Shown here: piece by piece, positions 1-10,425 of the stretch
Layout: each line of letters begins with the position of its first letter
How positions within the stretch are numbered: position 1 is the first letter of the stretch
Assembly: GCA_963709405.1 (NCBI GenBank)
Contig: CAVPXM010000021.1
Coordinates: 160,001 to 224,000, forward strand
Length of the DNA: 64,000 bases
Direction: 5' to 3'
Source of the DNA: an uncultured Nitrososphaerales archaeon
GTDB lineage: Archaea > Thermoproteota > Nitrososphaeria > Nitrososphaerales > Nitrososphaeraceae
The notes under the pieces: generated by a model
What the model saw: only the letters and a program-made list of their open reading frames with translations
Databases searched by the model: none
What the model was told of the DNA's origin: nothing
Translations under genes and position numbers: made by a program

Positions 1-215
1 TGACCATACGTATCGTACCTCTTCCGCTTCTCGTCATCGGATAATACTGCGTAAGCCTCTGAAATTTCCTTAAACCTCTCTTCAGCACCCTTCGATTTAT
101 TTCTGTCCGGGTGATATTGAAGCGCTAACTTTCTATATACGTTCTTGATTTCATCTTTACTTGCATTTTTTGGGACACCAAGAATCTCGTAGTAGTCCCT
201 CTTGTTACTTATCAT
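1..215 (-). CDS. dnaJ: Chaperone DnaJ, N-terminal J-domain (runs off the window edge)
   Basis: Manual translation [40 protein letters not shown]...[13 protein letters not shown] with the HPD motif; directly downstream of dnaK. Confidence 0.95.
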   Translation of the reverse strand, partial: MISNKRDYYEILGVPKNASKDEIKNVYRKLALQYHPDRNKSKGAEERFKEISEAYAVLSDDEKRKRYDTYG

Positions 216-253
216 CTGATAACCCTTTATGTTTTATATGCATAATCGACAAA

Positions 254-2129
254 TTATGGAGGGGAAGCGGATCCAGCAGGATTGGTACCGGCGCTCGCAT
301 CGCTAGATCCTGCAGTTGCCTGCTGATCTTGTGTAGCACCTGTTTGACCTGTACCTGCTGCCGCAGCGGCTCCAGCAGATCTGTAAACTTCGGTGCTTAC
401 TTCAGCTAGAATATTCTTGAGGTCTTGGATCTTGGTTTTAATGTTATCTATATTATTTGCTGTTATAGCATCTTTGAGCTCAGTTGCCGCTTTGTTGATT
501 TTTTCGCTCTGCTCTGGTTTTATCTTATCCTTTAGATCTTGTTTTATTAATTTCTCAGCTGCATACACCAAGTTATCGGCCTCATTTTTCACCTCTGCCT
601 CTTCTCTCTTCTTCTTATCTGCCTCTGCAAACTTATCGGCCTCGTTCTTTAGTTTTTCGATTTCATCTTTTCCAAGTTTAGTGTTGGCAGTTATCGTAAT
701 TTTTGCTTCTCTGGCAGTTGCAAGGTCTTTTGCGGTAACGTTGAGAATCCCATTGGCGTCTATGTCAAACGCAACTTCGATCTGAGGTACTCCCCTAGGT
801 GCGGGAGGAAGACCAGAAAGGTTAAACATCCCCAAAGAAACACAATCTGATGCCATAGCTCTTTCTCCCTGAACGATATGTATAGTGACTGCGGTCTGAT
901 AGTCGGCTGCAGTCGTAAAAACCTTGCTTTTCTTTGTTGGAATTGTGGTGTTTCGGTCAATCAGAGGCTCCTTTAGTCCGTTTAGAACTTCAACGCCTAG
1001 TGTCAATGGCGTGACATCAACTAAGAGAATGTCCGTTGAGACATCTCCAGCAATAATTGCTGCCTGGATTGCTGCACCCATAGCTACAGCTTCCATAGGA
1101 TCAATTCCTCCTTCCGCCTCTTTGCTCATAATTGTTGAAATGAATTGCCTAACTATGGGCATCCTGGTAGGACCACCCACAAGTATTACTTTATCTATTT
1201 CTAGTGGAGTTAACTTTGAGTCTTGAAGTGCTTGCATCGTTGGACCTCTACATCGCTCTATTATGGGACGCATAAGTTCTTCTAGCTTGGCCCTTGTTAA
1301 CGATAGCACTAGATTTCTGGGACCTATGGCAGCATCGTATGCGAGAAATGGCAAGTTGATTTCTGTTGTAACAACATTTGACAATTCTATTTTGGCCTTC
1401 TCAGCTGCCTCACGAACTCTCATCATGGCAGCACTATCGTTTCTAATATCCAACCGCGATTGTTTTTTAAACTCTTCAAGCACGTATTCTACAAGTGCAT
1501 TATCCATATCAGTACCACCTAGCTGAGTATCTCCGGAAGTACTCTTAACTTGAAATACTCCGCCTCCCATTTCCATTATAGTAACATCTAACGTGCCGCC
1601 GCCCAAGTCGAAGACCATGATTTTCAAATCCTTGTGAACTTTGTCTAGACCAAACGCTAGGGATGCAGCTGTTGGTTCATTAATGATTCTTACAACCTGT
1701 AACCCAGCGATTTCTCCTGCGTCCTTAGTTGCCTGTCTCTGGTTATCATTAAAGTATGCTGGGACTGTAATAACTGCCCTATCTACAGTCTCGCCTAGAA
1801 AAGCTTCGGCATCCTTTTTAATTTTTTGCAATATGAATGCAGAAATCTGCTGAGGGGTGTATTGCTTTCCAAATACGTTGTATTTAAATTCAGTACCCAT
1901 TTTGCGTTTTGCCCCAACAACACTGCCTTGCGCATTTGAAATCATCTGTCTTCTTGCAGGTTCACCAACTATCAATTGCCCCTCTCTAGTAAATGCAACA
2001 ACAGATGGAAATGCCTTTCCACCGATTGAAGTACCTTCAGCTGCTTGTATAATTGACGGTTTTCCACCAATCATTGCTGCCAGCTGCTGAATTACTTGTT
2101 CCCAGGTCGATTCCTATTATTTTTGCCAT
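254..2129 (-). CDS. dnaK: Chaperone DnaK (Hsp70); apparent 1-nt frameshift near 2080
   Basis: ORF 254..2074 has Hsp70 motifs ([23 protein letters not shown]). The true N-terminus [14 protein letters not shown] starts at ATG 2129 in another frame. Confidence 0.97.
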
Positions 2130-2134
2130 ATTTA

Positions 2135-2641
2135 TTATTCAGATTCCTTTTCCATGTTCTCTCTATCACTATCGATATTTTTAATTATCTTTTTGGAAAC
2201 TTCAACCAGACTAGGTCTCAGAATCTTATCATTTATTATGTATCCCTTCCTTATTTCTTTAGTAACTGTACTCTCAGGCACATCTTCAGAATAAGAAAAG
2301 CTTATAGCATCATGAATATTCGGATCAAATGGGGTATCGACGGCTTCGATTTCTCTTACTCTTTCTGATTCTAATAAGTGCTCCAGGTTCTTTTTGATCC
2401 CTACTAGACCTTGTACAACCAATGGATCAGACTTACTTTGTTCAGCCATCTTTAATGCCCTGGAAAAATCATCGTATACATTCAGAAACTTAATCAGGAA
2501 CTCGGCCTTATCCGACTCAATCTTGGCAGCCATTTGTCTTTCTATCTGTTTTCGGTAATTATCAAAATCTGCCGCCATATACTTTAATTTGTTGAGATTA
2601 CTTTCGGCTATTCCCTTTGTTCTAACTAACTGATCTTTCAC
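2135..2641 (-). CDS. grpE: Nucleotide exchange factor GrpE (start uncertain; frame stays open upstream to about 2800)
   Basis: ADFDNYRK, FDPNIHDA, KGY...LRPSLV motifs; grpE-dnaK-dnaJ gene order. Confidence 0.93.
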   Translation of the reverse strand: MKDQLVRTKGIAESNLNKLKYMAADFDNYRKQIERQMAAKIESDKAEFLIKFLNVYDDFSRALKMAEQSKSDPLVVQGLVGIKKNLEHLLESERVREIEAVDTPFDPNIHDAISFSYSEDVPESTVTKEIRKGYIINDKILRPSLVEVSKKIIKNIDSDRENMEKESE

Positions 2642-2987
2642 CTCTGCAAGTTCTTGCTCTAAAGTCAGAGTCTTATCATCGTTAGTCGACTTGGCCTCGC
2701 TTACTACTTCATTGTCTTGCTCGTTCTCATTAATTACCGTATGACTTCTCCTCCAATAGCCATCAGCTGGAGGAATTTCATCGCAAGCCTGATAATTAGA
2801 TATCGGTTAATCATCGTAAATATATGCATTGAGTGTCAGAAACAAAATCCTAAAGACCTATTACTGACATCAGAGCTTAATTGCTTTTAGAAAAAACAGT
2901 TAAAGTATTATCATTATTTGGGAAAAATACTCAATTTTTGTTAGCTGGTGATGATTGTCTGAATAAAAGTGAAAAAATCGCCTCGGA

Positions 2988-3215
2988 TTAGGAGATCCCC
3001 AGGTTTGGAAATGTGGCTACCTCGATACCCAATTCTCCCTGTATTTTTCTTATCTTTGTCGCATATTCTGTCATTTTAAGATTATCAGCCTGTACCTTTG
3101 CAATTCTATATCCTTTCCATGCCTTTCGTAGTGCTCCCCAGCTCTGCCCCTTAGTAAAATTATTATCAGAGGTCTGAACCGGCGTATCTTGATTAAGTGA
3201 CATTATTGCAGTCAT
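2988..3215 (-). CDS. Small hypothetical protein
   Basis: 75-aa ORF with a helical basic core (SWGALRKAWKGYRIAK) and an AT-rich promoter-like upstream region. Confidence 0.7.
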   Translation of the reverse strand: MTAIMSLNQDTPVQTSDNNFTKGQSWGALRKAWKGYRIAKVQADNLKMTEYATKIRKIQGELGIEVATFPNLGIS

Positions 3216-3409
3216 ATTATCGAAGCTAATTATAGTCTCGCTACTTAGAACCGTTAGTCAACATTTTCCAATATCCAAGTTAAAACTGTTATATAAAAAT
3301 AAATTTCAAATATGATTTTAGTTCGGAATATGCAGTCTAATAAATGACTATTCGACCCTTTCGACTTGTGAAGTATATTGAAGGCCGGTATTAAATGTTT
3401 CACGTTCTA

Positions 3410-3859
3410 TTAGGCATAATTTCCCTTAATCGACGATCTAGCTCCACAAGCTTCGCATAGAAGGAAGCCTAACTTTTTGATTTTTTCGGTTCGCGTATCA
3501 GGACTACCACACACAGGGCAGATAACATAATCTTTAACATATCTATCGATTAGTGCGCCAAATGAAGAAGGCTCCTTGCGTCCCAGAAATATTACCCGAT
3601 CACCTGCAATATAACCAGCAGATGCTAATTCTTTATTTAGGTACAGCAACAATTTATCTGGCTCTCTTCTCAAAGCTTTTGGAAACTCCATAAAATTTCT
3701 GAAAATGGTAAGTTGTCCGATCCATATTACTTGAGGGACTGGAACTTCCAGACGAGATGCCTCTCTTCGATTGGTACTGCTAACATTCCGTTGCAAACGA
3801 CTAAGTAATTTCTCATAGTCTGCCTTCGATTGAGAGCTCATTATGTGAATACTAAACAC
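3410..3859 (-). CDS. eif2b: Translation initiation factor aIF-2 beta subunit
   Basis: eIF2B/5 domain, YVICPVCGSPDT and CEACGA zinc ribbon. Confidence 0.93.
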   Translation of the reverse strand: MFSIHIMSSQSKADYEKLLSRLQRNVSSTNRREASRLEVPVPQVIWIGQLTIFRNFMEFPKALRREPDKLLLYLNKELASAGYIAGDRVIFLGRKEPSSFGALIDRYVKDYVICPVCGSPDTRTEKIKKLGFLLCEACGARSSIKGNYA

Positions 3860-4096
3860 TCATCGGTCTAATGAGCGTTTTGTTATCTTATTTCATTAAC
3901 ACTTGCTTTTAAATTTCTTTTCATCATTTAACTTAGGTGGTATTTACGTAGTCATGATGGGCAGAAGGTACGAAAGTCCAAATATACGGTTAGTTATATG
4001 ATTCGGAGTTGACTGAGACTACTTGTTTCAGGCTTTCATAGTAATTAACTAGATATCTCGATAATTGAATGCAGAAGAATTCAACCAATCAAATTA

Positions 4097-5171
4097 TTAA
4101 TCATATACTAGCCTTAGGTCTTCAGAACAGGAACGAAAAGTCAAATTAATTTTATTCAGCTTAAACTTGGTACTTGATAGCCTCTGTCGTGCTACATAAA
4201 TAGCTTGTGGGGAAGAGTCGCATCCGATCCAATTTCTTGCCAACCTTGCCGCAACAACTAATGATGTCCCTGACCCACAAAAGAAATCGGCAATTAGCCC
4301 GTTAGCACAGGAAAATTGGCCAATTATCCTTTCTAACAATTGTTCATGCTTCTCTGTCTCATAACCAGTTGAATATCCATAACTCTCTACATCTAGCCAG
4401 ACGTTGTCCAGTACCTGTCCTGTTCTTGGGGGGAATCCAATACTCGGCATACTTAACTCCATCTCGTTTTCGGATAAATTCTAGCTTCTTACCTGTTTGT
4501 AGCCAATATTCTTCGAGTGGAATCTCTGGAAAGCGGCGTTCATAAATCTTATAATTCTTCGCTGCCTCTAAAGCCCTTGCTCTAGTCCATTTCCATTGGC
4601 CTCTTTCTGGCACGTATCCGAGTAGATTGTATCGCATTGTTGGTCTGTCTACATTACTCCAAAATCCCATCCATTTTGAGGGTACTGTATTCTCTGTCAT
4701 AGGTAGCGAAAACCTTGCTGAGTGATCCTTCGAATACCATAATATCGAATCGTTTGCAATATGCATTCTGTCGATGGACTTAAATTGATAAAGCAAATTC
4801 TTTCTCCTTCCCCTTTTTATTATAATTTCGTTTCGGAAGTTACTGTATCCAAATAGCTCATCCATAACTACCTTCACATAGTGTACCATATGCCAATCCA
4901 AGTGAATAAATATAGATCCTGAAGGTGATAGCAAATGTTGAATACTCTGCAGTCGGGGATACATGCTATCCAAATAGATTTTTATGGGATTCTGCCCTCT
5001 AAATGTATCATCGAATGCAAGCTCTTGACTGTTACGCGTTCTCAAAAAGTACTTATCTCTTGTTAAAAAAGGAGGGTCAATGTATACGAGATCAATTTTA
5101 TTTTCGAATCCATTTTCTATTAAATATTTCATAGCCTCAAGATTGTCGCCGTAAAAAAGAATATTCTTCAT
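4097..5171 (-). CDS. Site-specific DNA methyltransferase (N6A/N4C, beta class, Mod-like); frameshift at the G5 run near 4430
   Basis: Catalytic IYIDPPF-type motif (LVYIDPPF) in ORF 4359..5171 and SAM-binding DFFCGSGT in ORF 4097..4462; the two join as YWIPP/RTGQVLDNVW. Confidence 0.88.
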
Positions 5172-5484
5172 TGCGTTATTTCTGACTTTTGCTGCTTTTC
5201 CCAGTTTTCGGTTTACCTAAATCCCTACGTCGAGACGTGTGATAAGTGGGCATCATTTCCGATACTGATTGATTTTTATGTAAGACTTATTCATTTAGTT
5301 ACCGTTCAAACTGTGTTATCATGTCGTAATCCGAAACTACTTCATCGCTTGTACTGCACTGTAAATGGAGGAGTCCACAGAAGAGCTTACCGATTCTGAT
5401 CGCAGAAGGTCGCTTTCATCCTTCTTGGCCTCAGAATCTCGAATTTTCAGAATTATTGAATGATATAATATTACAATTATATAT

Positions 5485-6090
5485 TTGCGAAATGATCTAA
5501 CTCGAGGTAAGTTGGTAGTAATGACCGACTCGTACATGGGGATATTTATGCCCGCGGATATTTCTTCCAGAATATTGAGGTTTATTGACGGTAAGCTAGA
5601 ATTTCCAATTATAGGTGGGAATGAGATAATGGCGTCTTTTTATCTTTTCGGAAGGGATTTTGGAGTTAGTAGTGAGGAACTATTTATTGCAATTGATTTA
5701 GCAAAGAGAACCGTGAGTCAACTTACTAATGAGATAAAAGCCCTTGGCGAAACGTCTACTAAGATGAATTCCGAATCGATCCGCGAAAATTATACCCGAC
5801 GTATCTTGCAGTTGCATAGTGAACACCAATTGCAAAATATTGAAATGAATAAAAGGATTTCCGGGGACCCCACTATCTTGTCTGCATGTTTTGTGCAGCA
5901 TGTAGCATATCATCATCAACAATACTTTTTTGAGCTTTTTCCACCATTGAGAGAGAACCAAATACCTGCAGACCTCAGATCGCGATTGCAGCAAAGAATG
6001 GTCCTATTGGGATTTAACGTAAAAAGGGAAGATGCGATGTCATCGGGGGGTTCTATCAACAATTTTTTAAATTGGTTCAAGGAGCATTGA
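5485..6090 (+). CDS. Hypothetical protein (likely start ATG 5521)
   Basis: 201-aa ORF with globular composition; no recognised motif. Confidence 0.65.
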   Translation: MRNDLTRGKLVVMTDSYMGIFMPADISSRILRFIDGKLEFPIIGGNEIMASFYLFGRDFGVSSEELFIAIDLAKRTVSQLTNEIKALGETSTKMNSESIRENYTRRILQLHSEHQLQNIEMNKRISGDPTILSACFVQHVAYHHQQYFFELFPPLRENQIPADLRSRLQQRMVLLGFNVKREDAMSSGGSINNFLNWFKEH

Positions 6091-6181
6091 TTCCTCAATC
6101 AATACTAGTTCGCCAAGTAGTTCACATAAGTAAGGGTTGCCACGTTGAACCGAGATGCATGCGTGCATCATTATCTTTTCA

Positions 6182-6850
6182 TCATTTGTCGTCTTGTTCA
6201 TATTTAGCTTTAACATACTCAATGAGCTTGATCGCGTCCAATTCTTTCAAGCTAATTCTGTTAGAAGCAATATATGATCTAAATGATTCGAACTGGTTCG
6301 AATATTCTGGGCTATTATCTACTGAATAGTCAAGGATCTCGTTGTAGTTTCGTAACGGGAAGTAAAATTTCTTTGCTACCCTGGTAAGTATTTTTCTTGC
6401 ATGTTTGTCAATAATACCTCGCTTTTCAGCTAGGAATAGATTAAATCGAATGTCAATCATTGCTTCAGATTGTAATCTATAACTTCCTTCCTCAAACGTA
6501 ACGGCAACTTCATCATCAGCTGTAACTTTGCCTTTTCTATATAGATCGAAGATCTTCCCTATTCCTATCATGCCAAATCGCTCCAATTCTACCGCTCTCA
6601 ATGCTCCTAGACTTGCCGCACCTACGACCATAACATTTTTTTTGGCTACGAGTTGGTATACTTCTATTGGTGTGGGTGGATAATCTTGGAGAAACATGCC
6701 GTCAACCAAACCAACCACAGAGATGTCTGAGGATAATCCGAGTCGCAAGAGATCACCTTTTTTAGCTGGTGGCTTGTAATCGGCATTAAAAATGGCCTTC
6801 GCCTTCTCGTTACTCATACTAGGACCGAGAAAAATGATAGGTTTTCTCAT
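6182..6850 (-). CDS. tfuA: TfuA-like protein (YcaO partner in thioamidation)
   Basis: IFLGPS, PPAKKGDL, GLVDGMF, GAASLGALRAVEL, DDEVAV motifs; start overlaps the ycaO stop (ATGA). Confidence 0.93.
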   Translation of the reverse strand: MRKPIIFLGPSMSNEKAKAIFNADYKPPAKKGDLLRLGLSSDISVVGLVDGMFLQDYPPTPIEVYQLVAKKNVMVVGAASLGALRAVELERFGMIGIGKIFDLYRKGKVTADDEVAVTFEEGSYRLQSEAMIDIRFNLFLAEKRGIIDKHARKILTRVAKKFYFPLRNYNEILDYSVDNSPEYSNQFESFRSYIASNRISLKELDAIKLIEYVKAKYEQDDK

Positions 6851-8157
6851 TTCTTAAAAAATTTCCTCCCTCTCCAACCCACAACTGACTTGGTTATCTT
6901 GAATGTTTCAAGACCAGGGTACTATGGCCCGAACTACCGGAACCTTGAGTCTAGGATTTGTTAAATTTACGATTATCGCTTGGGTCAGGCCCGCCCTCCT
7001 CAGACGGTCTAAGATCAACTTTATATCATCGAGTATATCAGCATTGTAAAAACTTGTTATTTCAGAATACTTTATCTTTCTATCAGACGGAACGAATCGC
7101 CATGAACGTTTTTCATCCGTGTTCTCTTGGCTGTATTTTATCTTTCTCAGGTCGTCCCTAGCCCCTTGAATATTGGCTCGCTCTTGTTTGTGATACCTCC
7201 GTGATCGCGCGCAACAATGCAATTCGGGCATCGGGATGAGTGCCATGTCCTTCTGCTAAATATCCATAATCATGAGTAACCCATTCAACGCTTGCTGCAT
7301 TGAACGATGGAATACCTATTTCTGTTGTAATCTCCTTTACAATTAGAGATATGTTATTTCTCTTGAATATTTTGAGGAGAGTTAGTATGGGTTCAAATTT
7401 CATATCGGAAAAATCAACATCAGAAAATACACAAGACTCGTCCTTAAATTTATCAATAGTTACTGTAGGGGTGGGAAAGCCATGGGATTTCAATGCATTC
7501 GCGATATGCCTAAGGTAATAAAATGGAATTGCACTAGCACGCAATTCTGCCAAGCTTAGGGCATCTCGTTCAATCAGTTCGCATAGAGAATGACATACAG
7601 CCTCTTCCATCACATTTCCAGAAGCTAATCCATTTGTGTGATAAAATGAGAATGGATTCACAGACGGAGGCCTAGGTTCATATCTAAAAAGAGCAAGGGA
7701 GGCAGGAACCATTACTTCTTCATTGTTCAGCAAGTCAAAGCCTGATAGATAGTCCGTTTGCATATCATCTCTAAATTGGAACCTAGTCGGTTCACAGATT
7801 TGATCAGGATGAACAACTGTGTATTTCTTGGATAGTTCTTTATAACTTGATTGAATGAGATTTCGATTGTCTGTATTTGGTAATGAGGAGTATCTCTCGA
7901 TAGATTCCATTAACGCACTTGCCATAGCATGATTTCTTGTCGGACCTTTTCCACTATATACCCAGATGTAATCCTCTGTCCCTGGAACAACTGCCGAGTA
8001 ATTAGGGATTGCAAGTACATCTAATCCAGTGATGTCAGCCAATCTTGTGAGACCAATAATTTTTGATAAAGGCTTGATATTTTCTAGAGTTAGGTTAGGC
8101 GGCTGAATCCTTGATGTTCCGCTCGCCAGTCCATTTCATTCGACTTTCCAATTGCAA
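6847..8157 (-). CDS. ycaO: YcaO-family protein (TfuA-associated, thioamide-forming type); apparent frameshifts near 8130, 7170 and 6915
   Basis: RLADITGLD, SGKG, SALMESIER, TNGLASGN..EEA...ELIERDA, RAITEVSQTRA/NIQGARDD and VP/GLE motifs across the split ORFs; ends KFFKK* overlapping the tfuA ATG. Confidence 0.9.
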
Positions 8158-8260
8158 TATTTAATTGACTATTCCCTTTAGAAGCCAGCATTTATTTCTT
8201 GCCAAATATCTAAGCTATTCATTAAGATTATATATTAGAATCTTGCAATCGTTTTGCTAA

Positions 8261-8437
8261 TTGAACTCAAGACAGAGGGATGCTGAGATTATTAGCGATA
8301 TTCTGCTCAAAGCAGCGAGTGAACCGGAGTTCAGAAATCGGCTTATAAGAGAGCCTGCGGAGATTTTGAATCAATATAATATTTCAGCTGAGGCCAAAAC
8401 AGTCATCAAGAACAGCATTATTGATCTTACTCAATGA
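8261..8437 (+). CDS. 58-aa NHLP-leader-like (Os1348/nitrile-hydratase-leader clan) small protein; candidate RiPP precursor or partner
   Basis: Manual translation from TTG: MNSRQRDAEIISDILLKAASEPEFRNRLIREPAEILNQYNISAEAKTVIKNSIIDLTQ*. It fits the 'ii.kA..DpeFR.rL..dP...L..y.ls.e' pattern. TATA-like TTATATAT at about 8228. Below the ORF-track cutoff. Confidence 0.72.
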   Translation: MNSRQRDAEIISDILLKAASEPEFRNRLIREPAEILNQYNISAEAKTVIKNSIIDLTQ

Positions 8438-8763
8438 CGTATCTGGCAGCATGTTTTGAGAACCTTCTATGTTTATATCGAGAATAATTTTTTTGACTAA
8501 CGCGATAGCGGATAGAATTTAGATTTTTTCATTTGGTTTGCTAGATTCAAGTACAATGTGCCCCGCCTCTGACTCACACATAATCACAGGTAGCCATACA
8601 ACTTAGTGTATTCCTCCTAGTGCACTCTCTTTTACGGGGTTGCCTGCTCACCAATATCGAGATCCAATACGACAGTCATCAAAGTAGTCCAGTTGATGAC
8701 ATTGTAAGTAAATGCTCGAATTAGGCCAGACAATCATCTAAACGAGCTTCCAGGATATAAACA

Positions 8764-10425
8764 TCAGGATTTTATATGCAGTAATTTGGACAGATTAATC
8801 TCGAAACCCGAAACTGGGATTCTCAGTTTGAAGTTATCTCTTGCCAAAGATGAAATTTCGCCTAATTCACCAACGCGTTCAAGGTCTACGATAACTTTCG
8901 CACATCTTCCGTTGATGAAAAATGGAAGTTTCTCAGGCTCAGTTTTCAGATCCTTGGCAAAAGATGATGATAGTATACTTTGTAATACTGATTTTGCCTC
9001 TGTAAAGTTAGACTTGGTATTTGCAAGCAATACTGCTAAATGCCACTGCTCTAGATCCTCATTGTCACTAAACGCCTTTCCAATTTCAAATATATTCTGT
9101 GGGTAGGTTTCATGGATATTATGAGAGAGAGTCTGCATCAAAGAAGGGATTAAGGAGATGCGAAGATTGTCAAGCCCTGTATTTTGTGCACCTTCTACTG
9201 TTAGTAATCTGTCAATATCGCATTCTGTGCCCATCAGATCAAACTGCATTTTCTTATCAACAAGCCCAAAATTATTGACTTCCAGGAATCCTAGACCAAC
9301 CAACGTAATTCTAATGATATCAAGATAGCGTGAAACCGTGCTCCGATTTCCTGAAATGTTAGAGAATGGAATGGTTGGAATAAGGTTCTCAATCCCGTAT
9401 CCTATAGCAACCTCTTCTACGATATCGATTTTATCAAAAACGTCGACTCGGTATCTGGGAATACTGCAAATAATAGTAGAGCCGTTCTTTTTGATAACCT
9501 TTGCATCTAGACGGCATTTCCTTAAAGACATCAAAATTTCTTCAGTAGAAAGTTTTGTTCCAAGCGTCCGGTTGATTTGGTCACGTGTTACTATAATCTG
9601 TGATGGCTTCATATTTGGTAAATATCTCGACGCTCCTGGAGTTTCCACAACCGCAGTATGAATCATAAATCCCATATCGTTCATCGTAGTTGCTAATATA
9701 GCGATAATGTCCTCCGCAAGTTTCTGATCTGAAGAGGTTACCTCTACAAAAAGATTGTTTGTGCCTGGTTCTACTTTTGCAGATTCGCAGTTCGTTACCG
9801 GTGGAAAAGAGAGTACTCGATTATTCTTATCTAGTAACACTGTATAATTCCCTGAATTTTTTTGGAGTTGATGGTATTTGTACCCTACACCATAAGTATT
9901 CATAAATTCCTCAACTGTAATTGGCGACGATTCGTGGACATAGGTAAAGGAATAGTCGTTTGAAACCGAAGTATATTTTAGGGGAAATTTTATAGAATCC
10001 AAATCATGAAATCCTATTGATGCCTTTATTCTCTGCCTTCCGATACCATCATGGAGATCGTCTTGTACAGCAAACAATTGCTTGATATCTAACTCATCTA
10101 GTCTCAGATTTCTAGCTACTAACGCGGTTATATATGGCCGAGATAAGTTTTTCGAGATATCAACTATTATTCTATATTTATTAGTTCTAGTTAGCTTGAA
10201 TTCTGGTATTCCAATTTCTATTCCAAGATATCCTTTTAGTGCTCTAGCAATACCATAATCGGAACTGAAATCGGGCCTATTTGGATTATATTCAATCCTT
10301 ATCTCATGATCTGTTATGCTCTCGATGTCTAGAGCAATAAATGGTAACGCGTCAATAAGTTGCTTTACGGGTTTGCCAGGAAACCAGTCTGCTAACCTTG
10401 CGAGATTCAGATTTACAACCGGCAT
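8764..10425 (-). CDS. pheT: Phenylalanine--tRNA ligase beta subunit
   Basis: PNRPD, B3/B4 and B5 domains (PRYRVD...DIVEEVAIGYG); overlaps pheS. Confidence 0.95.
   Translation of the reverse strand: MPVVNLNLARLADWFPGKPVKQLIDALPFIALDIESITDHEIRIEYNPNRPDFSSDYGIARALKGYLGIEIGIPEFKLTRTNKYRIIVDISKNLSRPYITALVARNLRLDELDIKQLFAVQDDLHDGIGRQRIKASIGFHDLDSIKFPLKYTSVSNDYSFTYVHESSPITVEEFMNTYGVGYKYHQLQKNSGNYTVLLDKNNRVLSFPPVTNCESAKVEPGTNNLFVEVTSSDQKLAEDIIAILATTMNDMGFMIHTAVVETPGASRYLPNMKPSQIIVTRDQINRTLGTKLSTEEILMSLRKCRLDAKVIKKNGSTIICSIPRYRVDVFDKIDIVEEVAIGYGIENLIPTIPFSNISGNRSTVSRYLDIIRITLVGLGFLEVNNFGLVDKKMQFDLMGTECDIDRLLTVEGAQNTGLDNLRISLIPSLMQTLSHNIHETYPQNIFEIGKAFSDNEDLEQWHLAVLLANTKSNFTEAKSVLQSILSSSFAKDLKTEPEKLPFFINGRCAKVIVDLERVGELGEISSLARDNFKLRIPVSGFEINLSKLLHIKS

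Noticed and set aside
161-2368. Plus-strand ORFs overlapping dnaK/grpE, and similar antisense ORFs over pheST, gdhA, ureC, the chaperonin and amt
   Set aside because: Antisense shadows of well-supported genes; no motifs
8519-8702. Tiny ORFs downstream of the NHLP-like gene (MCPASDSHIITGSHTT on +, MCESEAGHIVLESSKPNEKI on -) as possible separate RiPP cores, or an ncRNA
   Set aside because: Too short to distinguish from chance; no clear promoter, leader or recognisable RNA family motif
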